DNA of 64,000 bases from a virus (taxonomy: Duplodnaviria; Caudoviricetes), in the IMG/VR virus record IMGVR_UViG_2593339273_000007, positions 10,582-74,581 of that record. One strand, written 5' to 3'. Positions 45,679 through 55,929 of this stretch are shown one piece after another; the first letter of the stretch is position 1; each line of letters begins with the position of its first letter. Under the pieces are notes generated by a model, which was given only the letters and a program-made list of their open reading frames with translations, was not told where the DNA came from and did not search any database. A program made the position numbers and the translations under genes.

Positions 45679-46972
45679 TTACATCAACCCCTATATTGTA
45701 AGGTTCTTCAACTGTCAAATCCTCTTCCTTTTTCTTTTTCTCAATCTCTTCAACGGCATTTTCAACAAATGGCAACTGATTAATTAATGTCTCATTGCTG
45801 AGATAAGGAGATAAATTTTTGATTGTTTGAGACAGTTCATATACATTTTGTGGCAGCGTATTTGAAAACTTAATCTGAATATCAGTGAATAAATCTATAT
45901 CTTTTTCAAGGCTAAGGGTATTACAAATAAGCTCTATTCGTCTTTGTAGACCTTTTTTAAACTTACGTTCTTTATTCGACCTTATCTGTTCCATTGCAAG
46001 GATTTTATATCTTATAGATACACCACTAAGATTATTACCAAAGCTTTCATCTTGCATATCTGGAGTGTATGAAAATTTATGTATGTCTCGCCTTAATCTA
46101 TCCTTGTAGTTCTCAACCCAGCTATCATTTACATCTTTAATTAGCCATTTAGCATCTCCCTCACTATCAAGTAATAAAACCCTTTCTTTTCTTAATTCAT
46201 CAATATCATCTGAATTTGTACCATTCATATTTACCAAAACTAAAAACGCATCGGTAAACTGATCCATATCGTTTAATGTGTTTGACTGTGATTTATTATA
46301 TGCATCTATCAAGTGTATCGCCTGTTCAAAATCTCCCTGCTCTTCTTTGTTGTTAACATACTCTACAACTGGAACATCATTAAATGTATGCTCAGCTACA
46401 TCTTCAAGTTTTAAATCGGTATCTTTCCCTTTATAAATCCAACAGGCATCTTTATCATAAACTTCAACGAATGTGACTTTATCATTACCATCACCCACAT
46501 CATAATACCTAATTGCAAATTTAATACTTGGGGATATTGTCATATCATATATTACAAACATATTTGATGGGTCAATCTCATTAAATCTTATCTTGGCATT
46601 TTCATCACGATATAATAATTCATATGCTTTTCCTTTGATGCTACAAATTTTGGCAAGCTCTAAATTTTCTTCCTGTTCATCTGAATAATCAAATATACCC
46701 TGTAATTCATCAATTAACTTATTATTTCCTTTGCTTGAATAACTTATCGGTTGGCCTACAAAATAACCTACAAGCATATCAGTAATGTACTTAGGATATG
46801 GATTAACTATCTTATTATTAGGCAAACCATCATCACGTTTGACATTTAAAATATCGTGCTTACCCTCGTAATAATTTTGTAGCTTGAGATATCTAGCACA
46901 TTCAACTTTATGCTTTTTAATAAACTTTTGTATATCGTCTATACTCAATTCGTCTTTATCTGTTCTAAACAA
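45665..46972 (-). CDS. SPP1-type portal protein
   Basis: YYEGKHDIL, NNKIVNPYPKYI, LIDAYN, FGNNLSGVSIRYK. Confidence 0.92.
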   Translation of the reverse strand: MFRTDKDELSIDDIQKFIKKHKVECARYLKLQNYYEGKHDILNVKRDDGLPNNKIVNPYPKYITDMLVGYFVGQPISYSSKGNNKLIDELQGIFDYSDEQEENLELAKICSIKGKAYELLYRDENAKIRFNEIDPSNMFVIYDMTISPSIKFAIRYYDVGDGNDKVTFVEVYDKDACWIYKGKDTDLKLEDVAEHTFNDVPVVEYVNNKEEQGDFEQAIHLIDAYNKSQSNTLNDMDQFTDAFLVLVNMNGTNSDDIDELRKERVLLLDSEGDAKWLIKDVNDSWVENYKDRLRRDIHKFSYTPDMQDESFGNNLSGVSIRYKILAMEQIRSNKERKFKKGLQRRIELICNTLSLEKDIDLFTDIQIKFSNTLPQNVYELSQTIKNLSPYLSNETLINQLPFVENAVEEIEKKKKEEDLTVEEPYNIGVDVNAES

Positions 46973-46984
46973 TGTAACACCTCC

Positions 46985-48400
46985 TTACAATCCTAACTTA
47001 GATTTATTCATAGTCTTGAACTTCTTATTATTTTTAACTATTGATTCTGCAATACCTGTTAGGCAGTCTGCACAGTCATCGTGTTTATTCTTTCCTTCTC
47101 GCTGATATTTAATTACATCTTTTGCAAACTCAGGCCATTTATTCCTCCAAGTAGATGGAACGTAAATATGTTGATTTACCCATGAACTGTTTGACAATAT
47201 CCTAGCTTTCTTATTTTCTGATTGATGAAACCACTTAACAACTGTTTTATTAGTTGCTAGTTTATCTCTCATGATTCTTTCAACATTTCTTGCGTAACTT
47301 CTACCACCATTATTCGATTCAATAAAAGATACATTAATATTATCTCTTGCCATCATTTCAGCTTGTTTCACTTCTGTAGTTTCCATTGACTCTTTTGTGT
47401 ATAAAACATCTATAATATATGCTTCATCATCAAAAGTTATTCCAAAATCAATGCTACATAAATAATCATCTCCAGTGTCAGCTGTATCCGTATAATTACA
47501 TCGATATTTAAACTCTGGCAATTTGTCATATGTCTTGAGATTGTATAATTGACCTTTTAAATCTATTGGCTCCTGCTGGTAGTTTGCACTAGCTATATCT
47601 TCCCCCATTGCCTTAGTTTTTAGTTCATAGGTTTTTTTTGAAAGTATTTCATTACAAAGCATTGTTCCATCATCCTGCATGGCTTTCATGTTAATGTGTT
47701 TTATATTAAACCCTAAATCAGGCAGTTCAGCTAATGCCTTACCTGCTAAATCATCACTAGCCCATCTTGTCATTATAATTATGATTTTTCCATTTTCCTC
47801 AAGCCTAGATAACATCGTATTGGTAAACCAATCCCAATGTTTTTCTTTTACAGACTCATTATAGGCTTCCTCAGCGTTTTTAATGAGGTCATCAATAATT
47901 AATATGCTTGCACCAAACCCAGTGGCTGTACCGGTTGGTGATGTTGCCAGATAATTATTATATCCACCTTCAAGCGACCACAAATTCATGGATCCATCGC
48001 CCTTTTTTATTCGTCTATCCGGAAATATATCTGAATACACAACTTTAGTACTATCAGCCTTTTCTTCCTGTATTGAATTTCTGACATTCTTAGAAAATAC
48101 AGTAGACAATGTTTCGTTGTATGACCCTGTCATTATTTTCTCCTCTGGGTGCTCCCCAAGTATCCACTCGACAAAACAGCCAGCTGTTCTAGACTTACCA
48201 TGTCTAGGCGGCTCATTGATTATCAAAACATCATAATCATTTTGCTCATAAAAGTCTTGTAGTTCATTGCAGAGGTCAACTAGGAATTTTCTATTCGGTT
48301 TATAGAAATCCGGAGCTTTAAGATTACAATAAAAAAAGAACTCACGTCTTGCAAGTTCTATCTTTGCCCTTTGTCTTATTAAGTGCTTATCCATCATCAA
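46985..48400 (-). CDS. terL: terminase large subunit
   Basis: PPRHGKS, IIDDLIKN, IMTRW, YQQEP, HDDCAD. Confidence 0.93.
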   Translation of the reverse strand: MMMDKHLIRQRAKIELARREFFFYCNLKAPDFYKPNRKFLVDLCNELQDFYEQNDYDVLIINEPPRHGKSRTAGCFVEWILGEHPEEKIMTGSYNETLSTVFSKNVRNSIQEEKADSTKVVYSDIFPDRRIKKGDGSMNLWSLEGGYNNYLATSPTGTATGFGASILIIDDLIKNAEEAYNESVKEKHWDWFTNTMLSRLEENGKIIIIMTRWASDDLAGKALAELPDLGFNIKHINMKAMQDDGTMLCNEILSKKTYELKTKAMGEDIASANYQQEPIDLKGQLYNLKTYDKLPEFKYRCNYTDTADTGDDYLCSIDFGITFDDEAYIIDVLYTKESMETTEVKQAEMMARDNINVSFIESNNGGRSYARNVERIMRDKLATNKTVVKWFHQSENKKARILSNSSWVNQHIYVPSTWRNKWPEFAKDVIKYQREGKNKHDDCADCLTGIAESIVKNNKKFKTMNKSKLGL

Positions 48401-48857
48401 TACCAGCTATTTTTAATAGCTCTTCCTTAGTCATTTCTTTGAATTGGTCATTTTGATTCATATCCACTTTAGCCTCTAAGTCTTTTCTATCTCTCCAAAT
48501 ATCAGGTCTTCTATTCTTCAACCAGAAAATCTGAGCTGTAGTATCTGGCTGCACCTCTTTCACAACTTCTTTAGTAATAACCATCTTTGTTCCAACTAGT
48601 TCTCTTGTTGTTTCAGTATAACTATATCCTAATGCCCTTTTTAGTAAAGCATTCTCAACTTGCCTATCAACAACTTCTTTTCCCTTTTTTAGGGCCTCCG
48701 AAATCTCCGAATACTTCTTTTTCCAGTCATAAAGAGTAGATGTTCTAACCCCCATATTCTTTGCAATTTGTTCGTCTGTTAGACCATCTCTTGCCCAACC
48801 TTCAAGCTTTAGCAAGCCTTCAGGCTCTAGCCATTCTTGATATTTACCTTTAGCCAT
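48387..48857 (-). CDS. terS: terminase small subunit
   Basis: WARDGLTDEQIA, VENALLKRALGY, PDTTAQIFWLKNR. Confidence 0.88.
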   Translation of the reverse strand: MAKGKYQEWLEPEGLLKLEGWARDGLTDEQIAKNMGVRTSTLYDWKKKYSEISEALKKGKEVVDRQVENALLKRALGYSYTETTRELVGTKMVITKEVVKEVQPDTTAQIFWLKNRRPDIWRDRKDLEAKVDMNQNDQFKEMTKEELLKIAGIDDG

Positions 48858-48914
48858 CAGACTCACCACCTTTCTCAACTTTTGCACGTTTTAATCAATC
48901 TTTTTATTTGCACG

Positions 48915-48943
48915 AAAAAAGGACCTCTCTGGGTCCTTTTTTT
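48915..48943. terminator. bidirectional terminator downstream of the moron
   Basis: aaaaaaggacc-tctctg-ggtcctttttt. Confidence 0.75.
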
Positions 48944-48973
48944 CTTATAAGTTATTAGTCATCATTACTATAT

Positions 48974-49483
48974 CTAATGTAATTTTTCTATATCATCCTT
49001 CATATTTTCCAACTCGTCTTTAGTGAACGGACACCTATCATCATACACAATCTTTATTATACTCTTTATTTTACTTGATGACTTAATAAATAGGCTGACT
49101 CCTACTATGGTTAATACTATAAGTACATAGGTCGCAATTTTAAAAATCACAATATTTTTTAGAATGCCTAAAATCAATATCAAATATAGCGCCGAGGAAA
49201 GAGAGATTGATACTACTGAAAATTTAAAGTTAATAGATACTAACCTTTCTCTTTCGGCAATTATTCCGCTCCCTCTTAATTCTTGAATTATACTTTCAGA
49301 TGTAACACTCAGTATTTTACTTTCATTATTCGTACTAAACCCACATAATATTGAATTGATAGTTATAAAAAAAAGAAATATATTACCAAAATCATTAATC
49401 CTCACTATTGTATTTTTAATGAAAAGAAAGCACATACATACCAACACAATTAGCACAATTAGATACTTAAATATTTTTTTCAT
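48974..49483 (-). CDS. 4-TM membrane protein (moron gene 2)
   Basis: Four hydrophobic segments; starts 29 nt after the 316-aa gene; GGGGGAGG RBS. Confidence 0.75.
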   Translation of the reverse strand: MKKIFKYLIVLIVLVCMCFLFIKNTIVRINDFGNIFLFFITINSILCGFSTNNESKILSVTSESIIQELRGSGIIAERERLVSINFKFSVVSISLSSALYLILILGILKNIVIFKIATYVLIVLTIVGVSLFIKSSSKIKSIIKIVYDDRCPFTKDELENMKDDIEKLH

Positions 49484-49512
49484 TTTCAGCCCTCCCCCCA
49501 TCAAAGAGAATA

Positions 49513-50463
49513 CTATTTTTTCATTTTACTAAATATTTCCTTCTTTTCATTGTATGCTGTTTTCAAAGCTGATAGATATTCTGTTTTTAATTCTTCCAAA
49601 TCATGAGAATGTTTCCTTCCATTCTCATATCTGTATAGTTTTACATCAATCGTGTATTTATAATACAAGGACATTAAATCATATTCTTGTTTCTTTTCAT
49701 TTTTAGTGCTACCTTTTATTTTAGCTTTGTTTAGTTTTTTGGCTTTTACACCTTCCTTAAGAGAATCTATTGCATTCCTTACAACATCTTTATTATCTAA
49801 TATAAATTTATCTCTATCAGCTTTTAAATATATACCCACCTTATTTTTATTCTCTTGCATTTGAAGTAGCGTCTTATCATCTAAATTTAATATATGCTTC
49901 AAGAAAGAGCTATCTATATCAGCAGATTCAAACTCTATAGATTTTATTTTTGAATAGTCATTTTTATAAAACGCATTTAACCCATATTCATTAGGTATTG
50001 GAAATGAAGATACTACTCCTTCACCCTCAAAAATATTCACTATATCATTAAAACTAAAATGTTTCGCCCCTCCTTTAGTATTCGTAATGCATAAAATGTT
50101 ACTTGAATACACAAAATAAAAATAATTAACTAACTGAATTCCTCTCTTTATCTCCTCTTCTGCCGTCAAAACATCCTCAAGTGAACCACTTTCATAATCT
50201 CTTTTACCTATTGTTCCAGCTTTGCTCGGTCTGCCTAACCTTCCAAAGAAAAAAGTTTTATTGTGTTCCAAAACATCAAGAACAATTCTTTTTTCATCAT
50301 CTTCTTCGTTCTTATCGTACAAGTTTATGCTGATATACTCACTCTTTGATTTACCATGTTTCTTTCCATGTTTCTCTATAATGTTTTTATGTTTTAAATA
50401 AAGACTTTCTTTTTCATTTTCTCTAATTTTAACATCATAAAAATACACCGTCTTAACCGCCAT
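49513..50463 (-). CDS. soluble 316-aa hypothetical protein (moron gene 1)
   Basis: Long AT-rich ORF with its own promoter; KTVYFY, FFFGRLGR, YFYF motifs. Confidence 0.8.
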   Translation of the reverse strand: MAVKTVYFYDVKIRENEKESLYLKHKNIIEKHGKKHGKSKSEYISINLYDKNEEDDEKRIVLDVLEHNKTFFFGRLGRPSKAGTIGKRDYESGSLEDVLTAEEEIKRGIQLVNYFYFVYSSNILCITNTKGGAKHFSFNDIVNIFEGEGVVSSFPIPNEYGLNAFYKNDYSKIKSIEFESADIDSSFLKHILNLDDKTLLQMQENKNKVGIYLKADRDKFILDNKDVVRNAIDSLKEGVKAKKLNKAKIKGSTKNEKKQEYDLMSLYYKYTIDVKLYRYENGRKHSHDLEELKTEYLSALKTAYNEKKEIFSKMKK

Positions 50464-50500
50464 TAACTATTTTCCCCCTAATATAATCATTCTTACCCTA

Positions 50501-50529
50501 ACTATACCAGAGGAAAATATTTTCCACAA
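50501..50529 (-). promoter_or_regulatory. sigma-A promoter of the moron
   Basis: TTGTGG-17 bp-TATAGT with extended TGn. Confidence 0.6.
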
Positions 50530-50565
50530 TATATTATTGTCAAATTTTCTAGAAAAATTCAACGA

Positions 50566-50598
50566 AAAAAGAACATCCTGCCCAAGATGTCCTTTTTT
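50566..50598. terminator. terminator between the late promoter and the moron
   Basis: aaaaagaacatcct-gccc-aagatgtccttttttt. Confidence 0.65.
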
Positions 50599-50701
50599 TG
50601 AATAAATTATTTTAGGGAGGTCATGAAGCCCGTCTACTTAAGTCAAAGAAGGTGGTAATTAGTGATTCACAATGACTACCACCCTCAACTTCCACAATAC
50701 C

Positions 50702-50736
50702 ATAATATCACATTTCTATGGCTCATTGTGGCTCAT
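50702..50736 (-). promoter_or_regulatory. putative late promoter with tandem activator boxes
   Basis: atgagcca twice, 10 bp apart, at the activator stop codon, followed by TGnTATTAT. Confidence 0.55.
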
Positions 50737-51142
50737 CTTTTAATAATTCACCAAATTTTTGTAATGCCCTCCCATGAAATCTTTTCACTTGCGCATATGA
50801 ATACCCCATCTCATAAGCTATTTTAATCAAATTATACCCCTTAAGATATTTTCTGTCTAAAATTTCTATGTATCTATCATCCATCATCAAATCTAGTTTA
50901 GATACAATATTTCTCTTAATATCAATCTGCTTATCAATCAAAATATCCAACTCTTTCTCATAATCATAGATTTTTGCAATAATGCTAGATAAACTATCTC
51001 CACATATTGATGTCTGAACTCTTTCAGATAAGACAGCACTACACTTTTCAGCCTTAGAACGTTCCTCAATAATTTGGTCAATTTTTAATTTTATCTTATA
51101 CTCGTAAGCTTGAACTTGCATCAAATATTGTTTAGCTGTCAT
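50723..51142 (-). CDS. ArpU/RinA-like late transcriptional activator (DUF1492)
   Basis: MTAKQYL start, C-terminal IAYEMGYSYAQVKRFHGRAL HTH. Confidence 0.85.
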   Translation of the reverse strand: MTAKQYLMQVQAYEYKIKLKIDQIIEERSKAEKCSAVLSERVQTSICGDSLSSIIAKIYDYEKELDILIDKQIDIKRNIVSKLDLMMDDRYIEILDRKYLKGYNLIKIAYEMGYSYAQVKRFHGRALQKFGELLKDEPQ

Positions 51143-51368
51143 ATTCTACCTCTCCAAAATTGATTATTCTCACATGCTCATTATCTAAATTATGATCATA
51201 ATGATGCAGTATTATTGGCTTTAAAAAACTCAATTCAGAATCAACATAAATAACAACTTCTGTCTTACAAAATCGTTTCATATGAAATGTTATCGCCACA
51301 CCTTTTTTTGCTAGGTAACAGCTATCAATCATTTTTATCAATTTTTCTTTTTCGTTCAACCAAATCAC
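51132..51368 (-). CDS. hypothetical phage protein
   Basis: Overlaps both neighbours; GGAAGGTG RBS. Confidence 0.55.
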   Translation of the reverse strand: MIWLNEKEKLIKMIDSCYLAKKGVAITFHMKRFCKTEVVIYVDSELSFLKPIILHHYDHNLDNEHVRIINFGEVEYDS

Positions 51369-51769
51369 CTTCCTATTTTTTCAACTCTAATATAAATACC
51401 TGGAATATCAGCCCAAAACTTTTCGCATATTAAACTTGCAATTTGAGCATCATCGCACCAAAAACCAACGCTTGTCATACAATCCTGCAATAACTTCTGT
51501 GCGTTATCTAGATCAGGCTTAGTGTCTTTGTACTGACCATCTACCTTACTATTTCTCATAGGGTAACACCATTTTACATATAGCCTTAACGATCCTCTAA
51601 GCTTTCTAGACGGTTTAAATTTACCTAAGTGACCAATCAGCTTATTTCTTGCCTGCTTAAGTTCAGGCGGCTCGTAGAAGGTTTTATTTTTAAAATTAAC
51701 TTGCTTTTCTTGATGAGTAACTGTTGGTGGATTCATTGACATAAAAAACTCTATCATAACATTCTCCAT
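51365..51769 (-). CDS. rusA: RusA-family Holliday junction resolvase
   Basis: PPTVTHQ, TKPDLDNAQKLLQD..GFWCDDAQI..EK. Confidence 0.88.
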   Translation of the reverse strand: MENVMIEFFMSMNPPTVTHQEKQVNFKNKTFYEPPELKQARNKLIGHLGKFKPSRKLRGSLRLYVKWCYPMRNSKVDGQYKDTKPDLDNAQKLLQDCMTSVGFWCDDAQIASLICEKFWADIPGIYIRVEKIGR

Positions 51770-51914
51770 TCTTTTCTACCATCCTTTTATAAATGATATT
51801 GATTATCTATTAATATTTTTCATAACGGCATTTTTGCTTTAGTCATTAGGCGACCGTGAATAGTTATGTTGGGCGAATGCTTACGCCCAACTAATCTTTC
51901 ACAGTCTATGACAT

Positions 51915-52087
51915 TTTGTGTCACGCGACAGAAAAATATATATATTATATATATGTTTTTGCCGTCGCACTGCGACAATAACTGAAAATCAGTTTTTGTC
52001 ACGGGTTTTTGACGCACTGCGACAATAACTGAAATTTATGTTTTTGACGCACTGCGACACGCATGACAAAATCAGTTTTTGTCGCAC
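51915..52087. repeat. iteron-like repeats, putative phage replication origin
   Basis: cgcactgcgacaataactgaaa at 51966 and 52013, a third cgcactgcgaca near 52049, aaaatcagtttttgtc twice, adjacent (AT)n tract. Confidence 0.75.
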
Positions 52088-54330
52088 GTAGTATCTTCTG
52101 ATTTTCTATGAAGTATACTATGTTTACCTGGACCTTTTTCCTCAGAATCAAATCCACCATGTTCTTTTATTCTTCTCCAAGCAGTTCGCTCTGATACTCC
52201 CATTTCTTTAGCTAAATCCTGAATAGTTATATCTTTTCCATCCATCTCCAAGCTTGCGAATGCGATTTCTAATGTATTTTGCCTTTCTTCCTTCTTCTTC
52301 TCCTTAGGTTTTCTAGATTCTATTCCTTTCTGCCATGGAGCTTTTTCCGATTCAGGCATCACATCTTTCAAAACACCAGATTCATCAATCTTATGGATTG
52401 GATAGTCAAACCATACATTTACAGGATCAAATCCGGCAAACTCTCTAAGTGTACCTTCAATTCTCCATGCAGTCTTTTGCGCTGCCAATCTCATAACACC
52501 ATCCAATCTTCCCTCTAATTCTATAAACTTACTTTGAGATAATGATTTTCTAGCATGGGATAACATTTGTGCCTTGCTTAAGGTATCATCAATACCAACA
52601 TTTTCCTCAAAATAATCCTCATTTAGATTTTGAATAGCCAAAGCTAAATAATTTGCTGCAGCCTTTTCCTTTTCATGTTTAATAAGCTCATCAGATAAAG
52701 ATAGTTCTGTTAAATCTATAAGGGCGTCTGGATCCCTAGCAAATACACCCGATCCGCTAGCTCTGTCCATAGAACGCTTACCACCTTGATATCCTTTTGA
52801 ATGATGATGGCAGTATATAACAGCACTCCCTAAATCTGTACAAACCTTATCGAATTGATTACAAAAATGAGCCATTTGATCAGCACTATTTTCATCCCCA
52901 GTAATAACCTTATATATAGGATCTATTATTATAGCTATATAATCCTTTTTCTGTGCCCTTCTTATTAACTTTGGAGCCAACTTATCCATTGGCACAGACT
53001 TACCTCTTAGATTCCAAATATCGATGTTTTTAAGATTGTTTGGCATGATCTCCATTGCATTATACACATCTTTAAATCTATGAAAGCAACTTGCCCTATC
53101 AAGCTCCAAATTCACGTACATCACTTTCCCCTTAGCACACTGCCATCCTAGCCACTTATTGCCTTCTGCTATAGCAATACATAGTTCAATTAATGCATAA
53201 CTTTTACCAGCTTTTGACGGTCCTGCCATAAGCATTTTATGTCCCTGTCGAAGAACTCCATTGATCAAAGGTGGAGCCAAATCAGGTAAATCATTAAAGA
53301 ATGCATCTAAGCTTTCAGGGTCTGGCAAATCATCATTAACACCCTCTATCCACTCGAACCATTCATTCCAATCCTTTTTTCCAATATTGGTATCAATTAA
53401 GAATTGTTTTTTACCATTTCTAATAACTCCAGGCATTCTACTTAATCTTGAAGGGTTTTTATTTTGAATATCTATTTCTAACCCATTTTTCTTACAAACA
53501 TTATATAGATATTCAACTCTTTTTCTATACTCGTCATAACTTCCAGCATCTACTTTTACTATTGCATGAATTGATTTTTTCCCAGAGTGCACTAAACAAG
53601 CAACTGGCAATTCTAGCTCTCTAATGATTGCATTTTGTTTTTCTAGTTCCATTGAATCAGATTCAACAAGTGCATACCTAAAATCAATAACATTATCATT
53701 TTTACATCCCTTGCCATCTAGTGGATTAAACCTAATCCATGCACCCACCTCTGGCTTGTAGTCGCCTAATACTGCGCCTATATCATCATTACAGTTGCTA
53801 AGCTCTTGAATTAATTGCCCTGCTGTTCTATCCCAATGCCCCTTTTGTGGAATACTTTTGCCTTCAATTTCCCACACAGAAGTTACATATCCTACGTTTT
53901 CGTTTGCTTCAAATAATATTTCTAAATACTTTATCAACTCTTTTGAAGGGCTCCAGTTTTGAGGCTCCTCAATATCTTTCCCTTCAATCCAAGTTTTGTC
54001 TATTATAACAAGATCATCTTTTATTTCATCATCCCAATCAAGTGAATGACCTTCCCTTTTTAAAACTGGTGTATAACCATTCTCTACAGCCATCTGGTAG
54101 ATAGTTCCACCCGTTACAGGATTATTACTACCATGAAATCCCATCCATTTAGTAAAGCATTCGCCACTACGGTATCTTTTGCTATCTTTTTGACTCCATC
54201 TATCCCAATCCGCAGCAGTGAAACCTTCATGTTTTAATCCCATCCCTACGTTAATCCAATCTTGATAAGATAAACTCGATGGATCAATATATTCAATTAA
54301 CTCTAATAAATTAGAATGGTAATTCGACAT
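52072..54330 (-). CDS. primase/helicase (PriCT-2 + AEP + RepA-type AAA_25)
   Basis: YQDWINVGMGLK, SGKKSIH, NPSRLSRMPG, GPSKAGKS, IIDPIYK, HHHSKG. Confidence 0.88.
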   Translation of the reverse strand: MSNYHSNLLELIEYIDPSSLSYQDWINVGMGLKHEGFTAADWDRWSQKDSKRYRSGECFTKWMGFHGSNNPVTGGTIYQMAVENGYTPVLKREGHSLDWDDEIKDDLVIIDKTWIEGKDIEEPQNWSPSKELIKYLEILFEANENVGYVTSVWEIEGKSIPQKGHWDRTAGQLIQELSNCNDDIGAVLGDYKPEVGAWIRFNPLDGKGCKNDNVIDFRYALVESDSMELEKQNAIIRELELPVACLVHSGKKSIHAIVKVDAGSYDEYRKRVEYLYNVCKKNGLEIDIQNKNPSRLSRMPGVIRNGKKQFLIDTNIGKKDWNEWFEWIEGVNDDLPDPESLDAFFNDLPDLAPPLINGVLRQGHKMLMAGPSKAGKSYALIELCIAIAEGNKWLGWQCAKGKVMYVNLELDRASCFHRFKDVYNAMEIMPNNLKNIDIWNLRGKSVPMDKLAPKLIRRAQKKDYIAIIIDPIYKVITGDENSADQMAHFCNQFDKVCTDLGSAVIYCHHHSKGYQGGKRSMDRASGSGVFARDPDALIDLTELSLSDELIKHEKEKAAANYLALAIQNLNEDYFEENVGIDDTLSKAQMLSHARKSLSQSKFIELEGRLDGVMRLAAQKTAWRIEGTLREFAGFDPVNVWFDYPIHKIDESGVLKDVMPESEKAPWQKGIESRKPKEKKKEERQNTLEIAFASLEMDGKDITIQDLAKEMGVSERTAWRRIKEHGGFDSEEKGPGKHSILHRKSEDTTCDKN

Positions 54331-55927
54331 AAGCATCTCCTATACTAGCAGATGGTTTATAATTCTTTGGATTAATATCCTTTGGAATTTTCCAGCCATT
54401 GCCTGCTATTCTATCTATTAATTTTCTTGCTGAATTAAATTCCCATGTTCCAACATTCTTAAATCCTCTTTGCTCTAAAAACCTTATTTGTTTTGGAGTT
54501 GTAAGCCCTTCATTTCGTCTTACCTCTAATCTATCAAGCAACAATTTTGCTTTTCCAGCGTTCTCTACTTCATCTGGGAATATTCCCATTTTTTCAAGTG
54601 TCTTAATCTGTTTTTCAGAAGGAGGGCTCATTTCCCAACCGAATGAAGGAACATAATTCGCTAAATCTTCCGCCTGTATACTCATTTCAAATTGAAGTGG
54701 ATCAACAAGCTTTCTTTTTCGTTTTCTCATTTCTTCAAGCTTGGCAGCTAAAGCTTCTTCTCTTTGTAAGATAACTTCTTCTTCAGCTATCTTTTCAATT
54801 ATTTCTAAATCTTCAGGACAACCTGATTCCGTTATTTTATCAGTCATAATTTTGGCAACTTCTTCATTTTGAGCTATTAAATGTGCTGGATGGCAAAGCT
54901 CATGTTTTTCTGTATGCCATAAAAAATCTAACACTAATAAATCTTCTTTACCTGAATGAAGTCTTGTACCGCGACCAACCATCTGAGAATATAAAGATCT
55001 TACCTTTGTTGGTCTTAAGACTATTACACAATCCACAGATGGACAGTCCCAACCCTCTGTAAGGAGCATGGAATTACAAAGCACATTATATTTATTGCTA
55101 TCAAAATCTTCTAGCACTTGTGCTCTATTATCTGAATCGCCATTTACTTCCACTGCTTTAAATCCTTTTTCCTGTAGTATCCTGGTAAACTTCTGTGATG
55201 TCTTAATCAGTGGTAAAAATACTACTGTTTTTCTATCGCTGCAATATTTAACCATTTCATCGGCAATCTGTTCCAAATATGGGGCTAAGGCGGTACCAAT
55301 TTCACTAGCCTTAAAGTCACCTGCCTGTTGGCTAACGCCAGTAAGGTCTAACTTCAATGGTATAGTAAGAGCTTTTATAGGTGCTAAAAATCCCTCTTTT
55401 ATGGCCTTTGGCAGTGTATACTCATATGCCAAGCTATCAAAATATGATCCTAGATTTTTCATGTCACCTCTATCAGGAGTGGCAGTAACACCTAATACAT
55501 TTGCTTTGTCAAAATGATTTAAAACTCTTTGATATCCTTCAGATATACAGTGATGAGCCTCATCTATTACAATTGTATCAAAATAATCTCTATCAAATTT
55601 TTTCAATCTTTTTTCTCTCATTAATGATTGAACACTTCCTACAGTTATTCTAAACCAAGAGCCTAAACAACTACTTTCAGCCTTTTCTACCGAACACTTT
55701 AATCCGGTAGCTTTTTCTAATTTATCTGCAGCCTGTTCCAATAATTCTCCCCTGTGGGCAAGAACCAAAACTCTATCACCTTTCTTAACTCTTTCTTCTA
55801 TAATTTTACTAAAAACTATTGTTTTCCCACAACCAGTAGGTAAAACTAAGAGAGTTCTTAGAACTCCCTTATCCCATTCATTTAATACTGCATTTTTTGA
55901 TTCCTCTTGATATGGTCTTAATTTCAT
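54311..55927 (-). CDS. DEAD/DEAH-box superfamily II helicase
   Basis: LRPYQ, PTGCGKT, DEAHH, TATP, QMVGRGTR. Confidence 0.93.
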   Translation of the reverse strand: MKLRPYQEESKNAVLNEWDKGVLRTLLVLPTGCGKTIVFSKIIEERVKKGDRVLVLAHRGELLEQAADKLEKATGLKCSVEKAESSCLGSWFRITVGSVQSLMREKRLKKFDRDYFDTIVIDEAHHCISEGYQRVLNHFDKANVLGVTATPDRGDMKNLGSYFDSLAYEYTLPKAIKEGFLAPIKALTIPLKLDLTGVSQQAGDFKASEIGTALAPYLEQIADEMVKYCSDRKTVVFLPLIKTSQKFTRILQEKGFKAVEVNGDSDNRAQVLEDFDSNKYNVLCNSMLLTEGWDCPSVDCVIVLRPTKVRSLYSQMVGRGTRLHSGKEDLLVLDFLWHTEKHELCHPAHLIAQNEEVAKIMTDKITESGCPEDLEIIEKIAEEEVILQREEALAAKLEEMRKRKRKLVDPLQFEMSIQAEDLANYVPSFGWEMSPPSEKQIKTLEKMGIFPDEVENAGKAKLLLDRLEVRRNEGLTTPKQIRFLEQRGFKNVGTWEFNSARKLIDRIAGNGWKIPKDINPKNYKPSASIGDAYVELPF

Positions 55928-55929
55928 AG

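Noticed and set aside
50600-50700. tRNA in the usual phage position after the late regulator
   Set aside because: Only a simple hairpin; no cloverleaf, T-loop GTTC or CCA pattern found.
51820-52017. 65-aa ORF after the primase
   Set aside because: Runs through the iteron and (AT)n region; most likely non-coding origin DNA.
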